Numbered from the stretch's first letter, positions 39,109-49,210 are shown. The stretch is DNA of 64,000 nucleotides from Candidatus Krumholzibacteriia bacterium (GCA_046484865.1 JAWOID010000112.1:1-64000); one strand, 5' to 3'. Made by a program: numbers and translations. The notes: generated by a model not told the origin, from the sequence alone.

Positions 39109-40215
39109 CTAGTCGTCGGAAGGACGGCGGTCGAGGTCGGCCAGTTCCGCCTCGATGGCCTCGTCCAGTTCCCGATCCGCGCCTGGATCGTCCAGATCCA
39201 GATCGTCGGCGGCGAGGTCCTCGCCGGCCGCTTCGTCCCCGGGCAGGCCATCGGGGAAATCGGCCTCCAGCAGATCGATCAGGGATTCGGCATGGCGCAG
39301 GAACTTCTCCGCCAGACGCGTCCCGAGATCCTCCGCCGACTCGGGCGATCCGGTCAGGGCGGCGCGCCGGACGCGGTCGCCCCGAGGCGATCCGACCGCG
39401 GCGGCCACCTCCAGGCGATCGACGTCCAGGTGCGCGAGTACACCGACGGGCAGGTCCTGGTCCGATGCCAGGCGCTGGATCACCGCGTGCTCGGCCGCCA
39501 TCTCGCGGGCCGTGCTCTCGCTGTGGAGGGGGGCCAGGCGCTCGGCCGCTTCACGGTCGTCGGCGCGGGCGAGCACCACGAGGATGCCCTGACCGCCGCT
39601 GGGCAGGATCAACTCGGGATAGAAGATCTCGCTGACGATGCCCTGGATCCCCAGGTCCTCCGCCGCGGAGGCGGGCATGACCAGGGCGTCCACTTCCTTG
39701 TGCCGCAGGAATCGTTCGAGTGCTCGATCCACGCCGCCGGTGAGGATGCGGTAGTGCAGGTGGGGCCAGAGCGGTTGCATCTGGGCCTTGACGGCGAGGT
39801 TCAGCACGCCCACCACCTTGCCGGCGGGCATCTCCTCGGTGATGAGGCCGTCACGGTTCAGCAGCGCGTCGAACGGGCGGATCCGCTGCGGCACGGCCAC
39901 CGTGAGCACGCCGTCGCGCAGCGGCAGCACCAGGTCGGCGGCGCGCACCACGACCAGCCGGAACTCGTCCGCGAGCAGCCGATCCTCGAGATGCTCCACC
40001 TCGGCCGCCGTGCAGGCGAGGTACGGCTCGTCCGACGACTCGGAGCCGTTCACGGGCGAGGGGATGATGGTCATCTGGCAGGTCGAACGCGGCAGCAGCT
40101 CGGCCAGGCGATTGATCACCGTCTGCGTCTGGCGCTTGGCCAGCGTCCCGTCGAGGGTGCCGAAGATCAGCGGCCGCGCGCCTGCTTCGCTACGCCTGGT
40201 GTTGCTGCGCCTCAC
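39109..40215 (-). CDS. HemC (hydroxymethylbilane synthase)-fold protein lacking catalytic/cofactor residues
   Basis: Full-length colinearity with HemC (GT..LA..QT, PFDAL, PAGKVVG, LPSGGQG, AEHA...LPVG, AEDLG..LA), but key residues are substituted. RBS GGGAGG. Confidence 0.85.
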   Translation of the reverse strand: MRRSNTRRSEAGARPLIFGTLDGTLAKRQTQTVINRLAELLPRSTCQMTIIPSPVNGSESSDEPYLACTAAEVEHLEDRLLADEFRLVVVRAADLVLPLRDGVLTVAVPQRIRPFDALLNRDGLITEEMPAGKVVGVLNLAVKAQMQPLWPHLHYRILTGGVDRALERFLRHKEVDALVMPASAAEDLGIQGIVSEIFYPELILPSGGQGILVVLARADDREAAERLAPLHSESTAREMAAEHAVIQRLASDQDLPVGVLAHLDVDRLEVAAAVGSPRGDRVRRAALTGSPESAEDLGTRLAEKFLRHAESLIDLLEADFPDGLPGDEAAGEDLAADDLDLDDPGADRELDEAIEAELADLDRRPSDD

Positions 40216-40304
40216 GTGTTGGCCTCCCGGTCAGCCGCCGTGGCTGAGATGTCGCTTCGGCGGCCCGTCGACTGCTCGGCGCCGGCCATGCGCCGGCGCC
40301 GGGA

Positions 40305-41444
40305 TCATTCGCGCCGCAGGAAATCGCCCACGAGCCGTCCGATGCGCTCGGCGTCCTCGACCGCCAGGGCGGCATGGATGGGCAGGGTCAGGACCTCGCG
40401 ACCGGCCCGCTCGGCCTCCGGCAGTCCGGGGCCGCCGCTCACGCGGCAGTACTCCGCCAGCTCCTGCCGGTGCAGCGGGGGGTCATAGTAGATGCCGGTA
40501 TCGATGCCGGCGTCGTCCAGCCGGGCGCGCAAGTCGTCCCTCTGCGGCGTCCTCACCCAGTACTGGTGGTAGACCGACCGCATCCCCACGCCGCCGTTCG
40601 GTGTCCGCAGTCTGCTCGCCGGGGGGATGAACGCATCGTAGATCTCGGCCACCCGATCCCGATCGGCCTGTTCCTCCTTGAACCTCGCGTACCGCACGCG
40701 GATGGCCATGGCCTGGATCTCGTCCAGCCGGCTGTTCCAGCCTGGATACAGGTGGCCGTTGCTGCGCATGGCCTTGTGGCCCCGGAACGCCCGCACCCGG
40801 GCGGCGTCCTCGGTGCTGCGGCAGAAGATCATGCCGCCGTCTCCGATGCCGGGCAGGTTCTTGGTCGGATAGAAGCTCAGGGTGCTCATGCGCGCGTAGG
40901 AGCCGCAGGGTCGGCCGGCGTACATGCTGCCGAAGGCCTGCGCCATGTCCACCACGACGTCCAGCTCGTGGGCCTCGGCCACCGCCACGATGCGATGCAT
41001 GTCGCAGGGCGCGCCGAAGATGTGCACGGGCAGGATCACGCGGGTCCGCTCGTTGATCGCGTGCTCGAGCAGCCCGGGGTCGAGGTTCAGGTCCATGGGG
41101 CGGATGTCCACGAACACCGGCGTGGCGCCCAGCAGGATGATCGCCTCGATGGTGGCCTCGAAGGTGTACGGGGTGGTGATCACCTCGTCGCCCGGTCGCA
41201 CGCCGGCCATGGCCAAGGCGACGTAGAGGGCCGACGAGCCCGAGGCGACGCCGACCGCCTCGGGAACGTCGCAGGCGTCGGCCAGTTCGCGCTCCAGCAG
41301 CGCCACCTCCTCCCCGAGGATGAAGTTCCCGGACATGAGGATGCGCTCGAACTTCTCCATGATCTCGTCCTTGCACGGCCGCATGGGCGTGACGAGATCG
41401 TAGCGGGACACCCTCCGCCCAGTCGGCTTGCTCTGCTGCGCCAT
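40305..41444 (-). CDS. DegT/DnrJ/EryC1/StrS PLP aminotransferase
   Basis: GDEVITTPYTF, PVHIFG, DMAQA, SFYPTKNL, GDGG, NSRLDEIQA, LTLP. Confidence 0.93.
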   Translation of the reverse strand: MAQQSKPTGRRVSRYDLVTPMRPCKDEIMEKFERILMSGNFILGEEVALLERELADACDVPEAVGVASGSSALYVALAMAGVRPGDEVITTPYTFEATIEAIILLGATPVFVDIRPMDLNLDPGLLEHAINERTRVILPVHIFGAPCDMHRIVAVAEAHELDVVVDMAQAFGSMYAGRPCGSYARMSTLSFYPTKNLPGIGDGGMIFCRSTEDAARVRAFRGHKAMRSNGHLYPGWNSRLDEIQAMAIRVRYARFKEEQADRDRVAEIYDAFIPPASRLRTPNGGVGMRSVYHQYWVRTPQRDDLRARLDDAGIDTGIYYDPPLHRQELAEYCRVSGGPGLPEAERAGREVLTLPIHAALAVEDAERIGRLVGDFLRRE

Positions 41445-41502
41445 GGCTTCCTTTCGATGCCTTCCGTCGGCTGCCGCGGGCGGCGACTCCCCGCGAAAAG
41501 AT

Positions 41503-41958
41503 CTAGTAGTCGCGGATGGACCAGTCGTAGGGAATGTCGTTGTCGTGAGGGTCCACCCGGAACTCGTCGGGATCGTCGTAGCGGTACGTGTGGGTCGGCA
41601 CGTTGACGATCATCGCCACGTCCGTTCCCGTTCCCTTCATGCCGTGCAGCACGCCCGGAGGGATGACCACCAGGATGTTGTTCCGCTCGCCCATGAAGAA
41701 CTCGTTCACCTCGCCGCGGGTCGGCGACTCCTCGCGGCGGTCGTAGAGCACCACCTTGGACATGCCGTGGACGCAGACGAAGTGGTCCGTCTGGAGCCGA
41801 TGGTAGTGCCACCCCTTCACCACGCCGGGATACACGGCAGTGAGGTACACCTGACCGAACTGCTGGAAGAACGGATCGTCTGCGCGCAGCATCTCCATCA
41901 GCCAGCCGCGTTCGTCGGGGATCACCTTCAGCGGCTTCACCTGCACGCCGTCGATCAT
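41503..41958 (-). CDS. dTDP-4-dehydrorhamnose 3,5-epimerase-like (RmlC cupin)
   Basis: DERGWLME, PGVVKGWHYH, YDRREESPT, IPPGVLHG. Confidence 0.88.
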   Translation of the reverse strand: MIDGVQVKPLKVIPDERGWLMEMLRADDPFFQQFGQVYLTAVYPGVVKGWHYHRLQTDHFVCVHGMSKVVLYDRREESPTRGEVNEFFMGERNNILVVIPPGVLHGMKGTGTDVAMIVNVPTHTYRYDDPDEFRVDPHDNDIPYDWSIRDY

Positions 41959-43319
41959 GCCGGCTCCTCCTGGGGCCACGTTGGCGTCGGCCTCTCCCCG
42001 CCGGGCACCTGCCGGGGTGGGCGGCCGAAGCTGTCGTACGCGAAGCCGAACTCGCTCACGTACTCCTGACTATACACGTTCCGGCAGTCGAGAAAAGATC
42101 TACCCTTCATGATGCGTCCGAGGTGATGGAAATCGAGCTGCCGGTACTGGTTCCACTCGGTGACGAGGATCGCCAGGTCGGCCCCCTCGCACGCCTGGTA
42201 GGGCGAGTCGCTGTATTCGATGTCCGGGAACACCTCGCGGAAGTTCGGCATCGCCACGGGATCGTGCACGCGGATTTCGGCGCCCCCCTCCAGCAGCAGC
42301 CGGGCGATCCTGAGGCTGGCGGCCGAGCGGATGTCGTCGGTGTTGGGCTTGAACGCCACGCCGAGCAGCGCCACCGTCCTGCCCTCGAAGCCGCCTACCA
42401 GCGCCCGTGCCTTGGCCAGAGCTCGATCCGGCAGGCCGGCATTCACCGCCATGGCCGCTTCCACCAGCGAGACGCGCGAACCGGCCTCCCGCGCGATGTG
42501 CACCAGAGCGCTGGTGTCCTTGGGCAGGCAGCTGCCGCCGAAGCCGAGGCCTGCGTGCAGGAACTTGCGACCGATGCGCCGATCGAGCCCCATGGCCTTG
42601 GCGATCGTCGACACGTTCGCTCCCACGGCCTCCGCCAGGGCGGCGATCTCGTTGATGAACGAGATCTTCACCGCCAGGTAGCTGTTGCAGGCGTACTTGA
42701 TCGTCTCGGCGGTCTCGATGTCCGCGACCACGATGGGCGTGTCCAGCAGGAAGAGCGGCCGATAGATGTCGCGCATCGCCTTCTCCGCACGCTCGCTCTC
42801 GAGCCCGATCACCACCCGGTCCGGGCGCATGAAGTCCTCGATGCTCGAACCTTCGCGCAGGAACTCGGGGTTGCTGGCCATGTCGAACGTGACGTCGCGA
42901 GTCAGATTCTCGCGGATCACACGCTGGAGCTTGCGCGCGGTACCCACCGGCACGGTGGACTTCGTGACGATGACCTTGTAGCCGTCGAGCAGCCGACCCA
43001 CCTCGGCTCCGACCTGCATGACGTACGTCAGGTCGGCCTCGCCGGTCTCGGCCATGGGCGTCTGCACGGCGATGAAGACCACATCGGCGTTGCGCATGCC
43101 TTCGGCGAGGCTGGACGTGAAGAACAGCCGTCGGTCAGCCACGTTCTTGCGGACGAGCTGGTCCAGCCCCGGCTCGTGGAACGGGATGACCCCGTGCTGC
43201 AGCCCCTCGATCCGTTCCTCCAGCACGTCCACGCAGGTGACCTCGTGCCCGAAGTCGGCCATGCAGGCGCCCGACACCAGTCCCACGTAGCCCGTGCCCA
43301 CCATGCAGATGCGGGTCAT
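41955..43319 (-). CDS. ugd: UDP-glucose/GDP-mannose 6-dehydrogenase
   Basis: GTGYVGL, KSTVPVGT, NPEFLREG, KISFINE, GFGGSCLPKD, FKPNTDD. Confidence 0.95.
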   Translation of the reverse strand: MTRICMVGTGYVGLVSGACMADFGHEVTCVDVLEERIEGLQHGVIPFHEPGLDQLVRKNVADRRLFFTSSLAEGMRNADVVFIAVQTPMAETGEADLTYVMQVGAEVGRLLDGYKVIVTKSTVPVGTARKLQRVIRENLTRDVTFDMASNPEFLREGSSIEDFMRPDRVVIGLESERAEKAMRDIYRPLFLLDTPIVVADIETAETIKYACNSYLAVKISFINEIAALAEAVGANVSTIAKAMGLDRRIGRKFLHAGLGFGGSCLPKDTSALVHIAREAGSRVSLVEAAMAVNAGLPDRALAKARALVGGFEGRTVALLGVAFKPNTDDIRSAASLRIARLLLEGGAEIRVHDPVAMPNFREVFPDIEYSDSPYQACEGADLAILVTEWNQYRQLDFHHLGRIMKGRSFLDCRNVYSQEYVSEFGFAYDSFGRPPRQVPGGERPTPTWPQEEPA

Positions 43320-44350
43320 GAATGCTCCTTTCGCACATCGTCCAGCAGTTCGGCCAGTGTGTCCTCGAGGCGGCGGGCGGGCCGCCAACCGGTGCATCGC
43401 TCCAGTCGCGCCGCTGACCCGACCAGGTACGGGATGTCCGCCGGGCGCAGGCGCTGCGGGTCGGTCCGGACCGTCAGGGGCACCTGCGCGCGATCCAGGA
43501 GCATCTGCAGGGCGGCGCGGATGGTCACGCCGCGACCCGAGGCGACGTTGTAAACCTCGCCCGGGACGCCGGCCTCCGCCAGTCGCCGGTAGGCGACCGC
43601 CACGTCCCGCACGTCCAGGTAGTCGCGCACCGGCGACAGATCCCCGACCGACAGCTCGCGCGGCCCTTCGCCGCGCTCCGCGGCCGCGATCTGGCGCGCG
43701 AAGCTCGGCAGGGCGAACCGAGCGTCCTGCCCGGGGCCCGTGTGGCTGAACGAACGCGTCACCACCACCGGCAGCGCGAACGCTCGGTGGTACTGCTGGC
43801 AGAGCAGCGTCTGGGCGGCCTTGCTGGCGCCGTAGGGGGACACCGGCCGGACGGGATGATCCTCGGCCACCGGACCCGTGGCGTCGAGGCGGCCGTACTC
43901 CTCGGCCGAGCCCACCATCACCAGCGTCGGGCGTTCCGTCTCCGGGAGGAACCGCACCGCCTCCAGCAGATTGAGCGTGCCGATCACGTTGGACTGGAAC
44001 GTGTCCTGCGGGTCGGTGAAGGAACGGGCGGCGGAACTCTGGGCGGCCAGGTGGAAGATCACCGCCGGCCGCAGGTCCTCGACCAGTTGCCGAACGGGAG
44101 CCGGATCCTCGAGCGCGCAAGGCGCGTAATCCCATGCGCCCGCGTCGCCCTCGAAGCGGACGCCTCGTGGCAGCGAGGCCGCCGCGCCGGCCTGCGCGAA
44201 GCCGCGCACCGCGCCCGGCAACGGGTCGGCGGGACCGTGCCGGCCCAGACCCGCCACGGCGCCGCCCTCACCCAGCAACTGCTCGACGAGATGAAGCCCC
44301 ACGAAGCCGAGGGCGCCGGTCACGAGGTGCAGGGGCCTGCCAGCCATCAT
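43316..44350 (-). CDS. NAD-dependent nucleotide-sugar SDR (GDP-mannose dehydratase/Rmd-like)
   Basis: TGALGFVG, HLAAQSS, GSAEEYG, SPYGASK, HTGPGQ, RDYLDVRD. Confidence 0.88.
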   Translation of the reverse strand: MMAGRPLHLVTGALGFVGLHLVEQLLGEGGAVAGLGRHGPADPLPGAVRGFAQAGAAASLPRGVRFEGDAGAWDYAPCALEDPAPVRQLVEDLRPAVIFHLAAQSSAARSFTDPQDTFQSNVIGTLNLLEAVRFLPETERPTLVMVGSAEEYGRLDATGPVAEDHPVRPVSPYGASKAAQTLLCQQYHRAFALPVVVTRSFSHTGPGQDARFALPSFARQIAAAERGEGPRELSVGDLSPVRDYLDVRDVAVAYRRLAEAGVPGEVYNVASGRGVTIRAALQMLLDRAQVPLTVRTDPQRLRPADIPYLVGSAARLERCTGWRPARRLEDTLAELLDDVRKEHS

Positions 44351-44393
44351 CGTCCGTCCCGAAGCGCGTCCGTGCCGTGCCGGCTTCCCACCG

Positions 44394-44858
44394 TCACGCG
44401 TTCATCAGGCGCAGCCACTCCTGGTAGATGCAGCGGTCCATGATGATCTCGATCCCGGCGGCATGAGCCGCACGGGCCGCGGCGTCGTTGACGACGCCTT
44501 CCTGGAGCCAGATGAACCCGACCCGGCGCTGCACCGCCTGCTCCACGATCGGCTCCACCTCGTCGCTGCGCCGGAAGACGTCCACCACGTCGATGTCGCC
44601 CGGGACGTCCGCCAGCGAGCGGTAGACCGGAACGCCGAGGATCTCGTCGTGGGCGGGGTTCACCCCGACCACGTCGAAGCCCTGGCCGATCAGGAACCGG
44701 GCGATGCCATGGCTTGCGCGTTCGGGCTTGGGCGACAGGCCCACCACGACGATACGCCGCATGGATTCGAACAGGCGGCGCAGGCGCGCGTCGTCCGGCT
44801 GGGGCACGGCCCCGCCGGCGCCCGGACCCGCAGTGCCCTGGTTGCTGCTGGGGTTCAC
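44394..44858 (-). CDS. CoA-binding protein (YccU-like)
   Basis: IVVVGLSPKPERAS, VNP, DVVDVFRRS, WLQEG, MDRCI. Confidence 0.9.
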   Translation of the reverse strand: MNPSSNQGTAGPGAGGAVPQPDDARLRRLFESMRRIVVVGLSPKPERASHGIARFLIGQGFDVVGVNPAHDEILGVPVYRSLADVPGDIDVVDVFRRSDEVEPIVEQAVQRRVGFIWLQEGVVNDAAARAAHAAGIEIIMDRCIYQEWLRLMNA

Positions 44859-45147
44859 GCGTCCTCCCTCGTTACGGCCGTTCCGGGCCGCGACTCCGCA
44901 AACGGCAACGGCCGCGGCGCCGTGGCCCCGGCCGTGCGGTGGCGTCAGGAAGTGTAGCCGCGGGTGCTGGGGTTGTCCAGTCCGCCCGGCGGCGGCGATG
45001 GCGGGTGCGCCGGGCGTGCGCCGGGTGCGCGCCGGCCGCTGGCCGGAAGTCGCGCCGCCGGCGCGGGATTTCCCTTTTCCCGTGCTGGAGCCGCCCTTAT
45101 GCTCGCCCGAGCACTCCGATCCTCCACTGCTCGGGAAAGGGGCCGCC

Positions 45148-47160
45148 GTGAGTCCGGTGTGGATGTCGCTCCTGCTGTTCGCCTCGCTCGCACTGTTCGC
45201 CAGCACCATCGCCCATCGCTACTGGATCCTCCGCAGCGGGGAGCCCGACGACCGCACCGACCACCCCGGAGTGCGGTTGCGGAACCTGTTCCGCATCGGC
45301 TTCGGCCAGGAGCGCATGCTGTACGAGTTCGGGCCGGGCTGGATGCACGTGGCGATCTTCGCCGGCTTCATCGCGGTCTCGCTGCGCACGATCACGCTGG
45401 TGGCGCGCGGGTACAGCTCCGAGTTCCACCTGCCGCTCTTCGACGGACCGCTGGGTCTGATCTACGCCACGGCCAAGGACACCTTCGCCGTCCTCGTGCT
45501 GGTCGCGATCCTGTACGGGCTGTGGCGGCGGCTGGTCACACGGCCCGCCCGCCTGCACCTCAGCGCCGAGGGGTTGCTGATCCTGCTGTGGATCGGCGCC
45601 CTGATGGTCACCGACATGATCTACGACGCGGCTCTCTTCACCCTGGTTCCCGAGACCTTCGAGCGCGACTGGGCCTGGGCCGGCACCGCCCTGGCGGGGA
45701 TCTTCGCCGGGGTGGGGCGCGAGACCGTCGTCGACTGGTGGCAGGCCATGTTCTGGCTGCACGTGATCCTGGTGCTCGCGTTCCTGAACTACCTGCCGTT
45801 CGGCAAGCACTTCCACGTGCTGACGGCGCTGCCGGCCACCTACCTGGCGCGCACCTCGCCGCTGCCGCACCTCGACCGCATGGAATTCGAGGGCAAGGAG
45901 AGCTTCGGCGTGGGGGCGGTGGAGGATTTCTCCTGGCGGCGCATCCTCGACATGTACACCTGCACGGAATGCGGCCGCTGCAACACCAACTGTCCCACGT
46001 ACACGACCGGCAAACCGCTGCACCCGCGCGAACTCATCGTCGACGAGCGCGACCACGTCTACGCCCGGGCCCAGGATTTCGAGCGTCTGGGCAAGCTCAA
46101 GGCCGCCGGCAAGCACGCCGAGGCCACCGCCTACGCGGCCGGGCTCGAGCGGCCGAGCCTCATCGGCGACGTCAACAGCGAGGACACCATCTGGGGCTGC
46201 ACCACCTGCGGGTACTGCGTGAAGCACTGCCCGGTGATGATCGATCACATCCCGAACATCGTGGATCAGCGCCGCTTCCTCACGATGACCCAGGCCAAGG
46301 TGCCGCCCGAGCTGCAGACCGCGCTGCGGGGCCTCGAGACCAACAGCAATCCCTGGAACGTCAGCGCCGCGGCGCGCGAGGACTGGATCGGCGACCTCGA
46401 CGTGCCGCGCCTGCGCGACCGCGGCGGGGCGGAGTACCTGCTCTTCGTGGGCTGCTCCGGCGCTTACGATGCGCGCAACCAGCAGGTCATGCGCGCGCTC
46501 TGCACCCTGCTGAACCGGGCCGGCGTGGACTATGCGGTGCTCGGCACGGAGGAAGGATGCTGCGGCGATCCCACGCGCCGCGTGGGGAACGAGTACCTCT
46601 TCGAGATGCAGGCGCAGCAGAACATCGAGGCGTTCCGCAAGTACGACGTGCGCAAGGTGATCACCGCCTGCCCGCACGGTTACAACATGATCAAGAACGA
46701 GTACCCGGACTTCGGCCTCGAGCGGGTGGAGGTCGTGCATCACAGCGAGCTGCTGCGCGATCTGATCGGCGCGGGCCGCCTGAAGGTCAAGCCGGCCGCC
46801 GCCGAGATCGTCACCTTCCACGACTCCTGCTATCTGGGCCGCCACAACGACGTCTACGCGGCGCCGCGCGAGGTGCTCGGCGCCGTGTCCGGTCTCGAGC
46901 AGCGCGAGATGCCGCGCACGCGACGCGCGGGCTTCTGCTGCGGGGCGGGCGGCGGGCGCATGTTCATGGAGGAGCACATCGGCCAGCGGATCAACCACAA
47001 CCGCATCGACGAGGCCGCGGACACGGGCGCTGCGGAGGTGGTCACAGTCTGTCCGTTCTGCCTGACCATGCTGGGCGACGCCATCAACGAGACGGAGCGT
47101 TCCGAGAGCCTGCGCGCCCGTGACCTCGCCGAGATCGTGCTCGAGAACAGCACCGACTGA
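45148..47160 (+). CDS. Membrane Fe-S oxidoreductase (FadF/HdrD-like, two 4Fe-4S motifs + two CCG domains)
   Basis: TM region ending GKHFH, CTECGRCNTNCP, CTTCGYCVKHCP, CCGD, HDSCYLGR, CCGAGGG. Confidence 0.92.
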   Translation: MSPVWMSLLLFASLALFASTIAHRYWILRSGEPDDRTDHPGVRLRNLFRIGFGQERMLYEFGPGWMHVAIFAGFIAVSLRTITLVARGYSSEFHLPLFDGPLGLIYATAKDTFAVLVLVAILYGLWRRLVTRPARLHLSAEGLLILLWIGALMVTDMIYDAALFTLVPETFERDWAWAGTALAGIFAGVGRETVVDWWQAMFWLHVILVLAFLNYLPFGKHFHVLTALPATYLARTSPLPHLDRMEFEGKESFGVGAVEDFSWRRILDMYTCTECGRCNTNCPTYTTGKPLHPRELIVDERDHVYARAQDFERLGKLKAAGKHAEATAYAAGLERPSLIGDVNSEDTIWGCTTCGYCVKHCPVMIDHIPNIVDQRRFLTMTQAKVPPELQTALRGLETNSNPWNVSAAAREDWIGDLDVPRLRDRGGAEYLLFVGCSGAYDARNQQVMRALCTLLNRAGVDYAVLGTEEGCCGDPTRRVGNEYLFEMQAQQNIEAFRKYDVRKVITACPHGYNMIKNEYPDFGLERVEVVHHSELLRDLIGAGRLKVKPAAAEIVTFHDSCYLGRHNDVYAAPREVLGAVSGLEQREMPRTRRAGFCCGAGGGRMFMEEHIGQRINHNRIDEAADTGAAEVVTVCPFCLTMLGDAINETERSESLRARDLAEIVLENSTD

Positions 47161-47282
47161 CCCGCGCGGGCGGTGGGGTTCCGCTACATTCACGCTGAGT
47201 CTCCGAACCGGCTTAGTTCTTGCAAATCGACCACTTGCGCTTAGTGTGTCGAAAGGCGAACGCCGTCACCGGAGGTCCCTCG

Positions 47283-47972
47283 TTGAGCGCGGAAACTCCC
47301 CAGCGACAACCGTTTCTGCTGCGCGACTGCTCGCTCATCGCGCGCGCCACGGGCCGGCGCGCGCAGAACCTGCGGGAATTGCGGGACGGACTTCTGGTCA
47401 TCGAGGAGCGCATCATCTACTACCATTTCTGGGGGCGCCTGCTGCGGCCCCACTTCGACGACCCCGAGTTCCCGAACGATTTCGCCTCCTGGGCGCGCCA
47501 CGCCCTGCACGACCATGTGCTGGCCGAACGGCTGGCGGTGGTCGACCCCTCGGAACACGCGACCCTCGAGGACCTGCGGCAGGAGTTGATCGACATCTGC
47601 GAGGATCGTCTGGACGAGAGCGAGATGGTTCCGTGGGCCCAGCAAGACCGGCAGTTCCACTTCATCACGGCCGAGATCGTGGTGTTCGGGACCGGACGGG
47701 TGCTGCAGGACCCGCGCGAGCTGAGCGAGGTGATGCCGCTGCTCAGCCGCGGCAGCATCTTCTATCACGTCATCGATGCGCGCCGTCGCAACGAGCAGGG
47801 GATGGACGATTTCCGCGTCTGGCTGCGCGGGTTCGGCGGCCGCTGGGAGGAGCTCGAGGATTCGCTGGCCAGAGTCGATCCGTTCATGGGCACGCTGGCC
47901 GAGCTGCGCGAGGGGCTGACGCGGGCCTGCCGCGGCTTGTCGGTCACCGAGGGACGGGGAGGGGCGCTGTGA
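47283..47972 (+). CDS. DUF5752-like protein
   Basis: ATGRRAQNLRELRD, IYYHF, NDFASWA, SIFYH, DDFRVWL; duplicated architecture typical of genes upstream of treT; RBS GGAGGT before TTG. Confidence 0.8.
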   Translation: MSAETPQRQPFLLRDCSLIARATGRRAQNLRELRDGLLVIEERIIYYHFWGRLLRPHFDDPEFPNDFASWARHALHDHVLAERLAVVDPSEHATLEDLRQELIDICEDRLDESEMVPWAQQDRQFHFITAEIVVFGTGRVLQDPRELSEVMPLLSRGSIFYHVIDARRRNEQGMDDFRVWLRGFGGRWEELEDSLARVDPFMGTLAELREGLTRACRGLSVTEGRGGAL

Positions 47973-49210
47973 GCAACGGGCTGAAGCGCTACGCCCCGAT
48001 CGTCGGTCAGGATGTGATCGACCACATCGAGCGGCTCGTGCATCCGCTGCAGGGCCTGAAGGTGGTGCACGTGAACTCCACCCGCGTGGGTGGCGGGGTG
48101 GCCGAGATCCTCGCCAAGCTGGTGCCGTTCATGCAGGAGCTGGGACTCGAGGTGCACTGGGAGGTGATCACCGGCGACGAGAGCTTCTACGAGTGCACCA
48201 AGCGCTTCCACAACGCCCTGCAGGGCAACCGGGTGGAGATGCCGGCGGCCCTCCTCGAGGCCTACGAGCGGGTTAATCGCGACAACGCCGAGCGCCTGCG
48301 CGAGCGGCTGGCAGCAGCCGATGTGGTGGTGATCCACGATCCGCAGCCGGCGGCCCTGCTCAGCCATGTGCCCGAGCGGAAGGGGCAGTGGATCTGGCGC
48401 TGCCATATCGACGTGAGCCGCCCCTACCGGCCGGTCTGGCGCTACCTGCGCCCGCACGTGCAGGCTTACGACGCCAGCGTGTTCTCCCTGGCGGATTTCT
48501 CGCAGCGGCTGCCGCATCCGCAGTACCTGATCCCGCCGAGCATCGATCCCCTGAGCGAGAAGAACATGGCGCTGCCGGCGGAGGAGATCGCCGCGGTCCG
48601 CACGAGATTTGATCTGCCGCCCGACCGGCACGTGGTGACGCAGGTCTCGCGCTTCGACCGCTTCAAGGACCCCGTGGGGGTCATCCAGGCCTTTCGTCTG
48701 GCTCGCCGCTACGTGCCGCATCTGGTGCTGGTGCTGGCGGGCGGCGAGGCCACCGACGACCCCGAGGGCGCCCTGGTGCTGCAGGAGGTGCAGGAGGCCG
48801 CCGGTCAGGACGACGACGTGCGCGTGCTCCTGCTGCCGGCGGACGCCCACCGCATCATCAATGCCCTGCAGCGGATCAGCGACATCGTCCTGCAGAAGTC
48901 GGTGCGCGAGGGCTTCGGACTCACCGTCACCGAGGGGCTGTGGAAGGGGAAGCCGGTGATCGGCGGCAACACCGGCGGCATCCGTCTGCAGATCATCAAC
49001 CATCACACCGGGTTCCTGGTCTCCACGCCGGAGGGCGCGGCCACCTGGATCCGCTATCTGCTCTCGCGTCCGGCCGCTCGCGAGCGCATGGGGCAGGAAG
49101 CGCGCGAGTTCATTCGCGAGAACTTCCTGCTCACCCGCCACCTCGTGGAATACCTCACGCTCTTTCACGGAGTGCTGCACGGCAACGGGGAACGCATCGA
49201 ACTGGCCTGA
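47969..49210 (+). CDS. treT: Trehalose synthase (GT4)
   Basis: HVNSTRVGGGVAEIL, HNALQG, HDPQP, WRCHID, QVSRFDRFKDP, EGFGLTVTE. Confidence 0.9.
   Translation: MSNGLKRYAPIVGQDVIDHIERLVHPLQGLKVVHVNSTRVGGGVAEILAKLVPFMQELGLEVHWEVITGDESFYECTKRFHNALQGNRVEMPAALLEAYERVNRDNAERLRERLAAADVVVIHDPQPAALLSHVPERKGQWIWRCHIDVSRPYRPVWRYLRPHVQAYDASVFSLADFSQRLPHPQYLIPPSIDPLSEKNMALPAEEIAAVRTRFDLPPDRHVVTQVSRFDRFKDPVGVIQAFRLARRYVPHLVLVLAGGEATDDPEGALVLQEVQEAAGQDDDVRVLLLPADAHRIINALQRISDIVLQKSVREGFGLTVTEGLWKGKPVIGGNTGGIRLQIINHHTGFLVSTPEGAATWIRYLLSRPAARERMGQEAREFIRENFLLTRHLVEYLTLFHGVLHGNGERIELA

Noticed and set aside
38742..39112. Two small overlapping ORFs (61 and 62 aa) as a toxin-antitoxin or peptide pair
   Set aside because: No clear RBS, atypical codon usage and no recognisable motifs.
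39090..39112. GAGGGTTCTCAGGCAGGCCTAG as an IS terminal repeat with a CTAG target
   Set aside because: No matching opposite end or transposase was found in the window.
39109..40215. Annotation as a functional hemC
   Set aside because: The cofactor-attachment Cys and most conserved Arg residues are absent, so the gene symbol was withheld.
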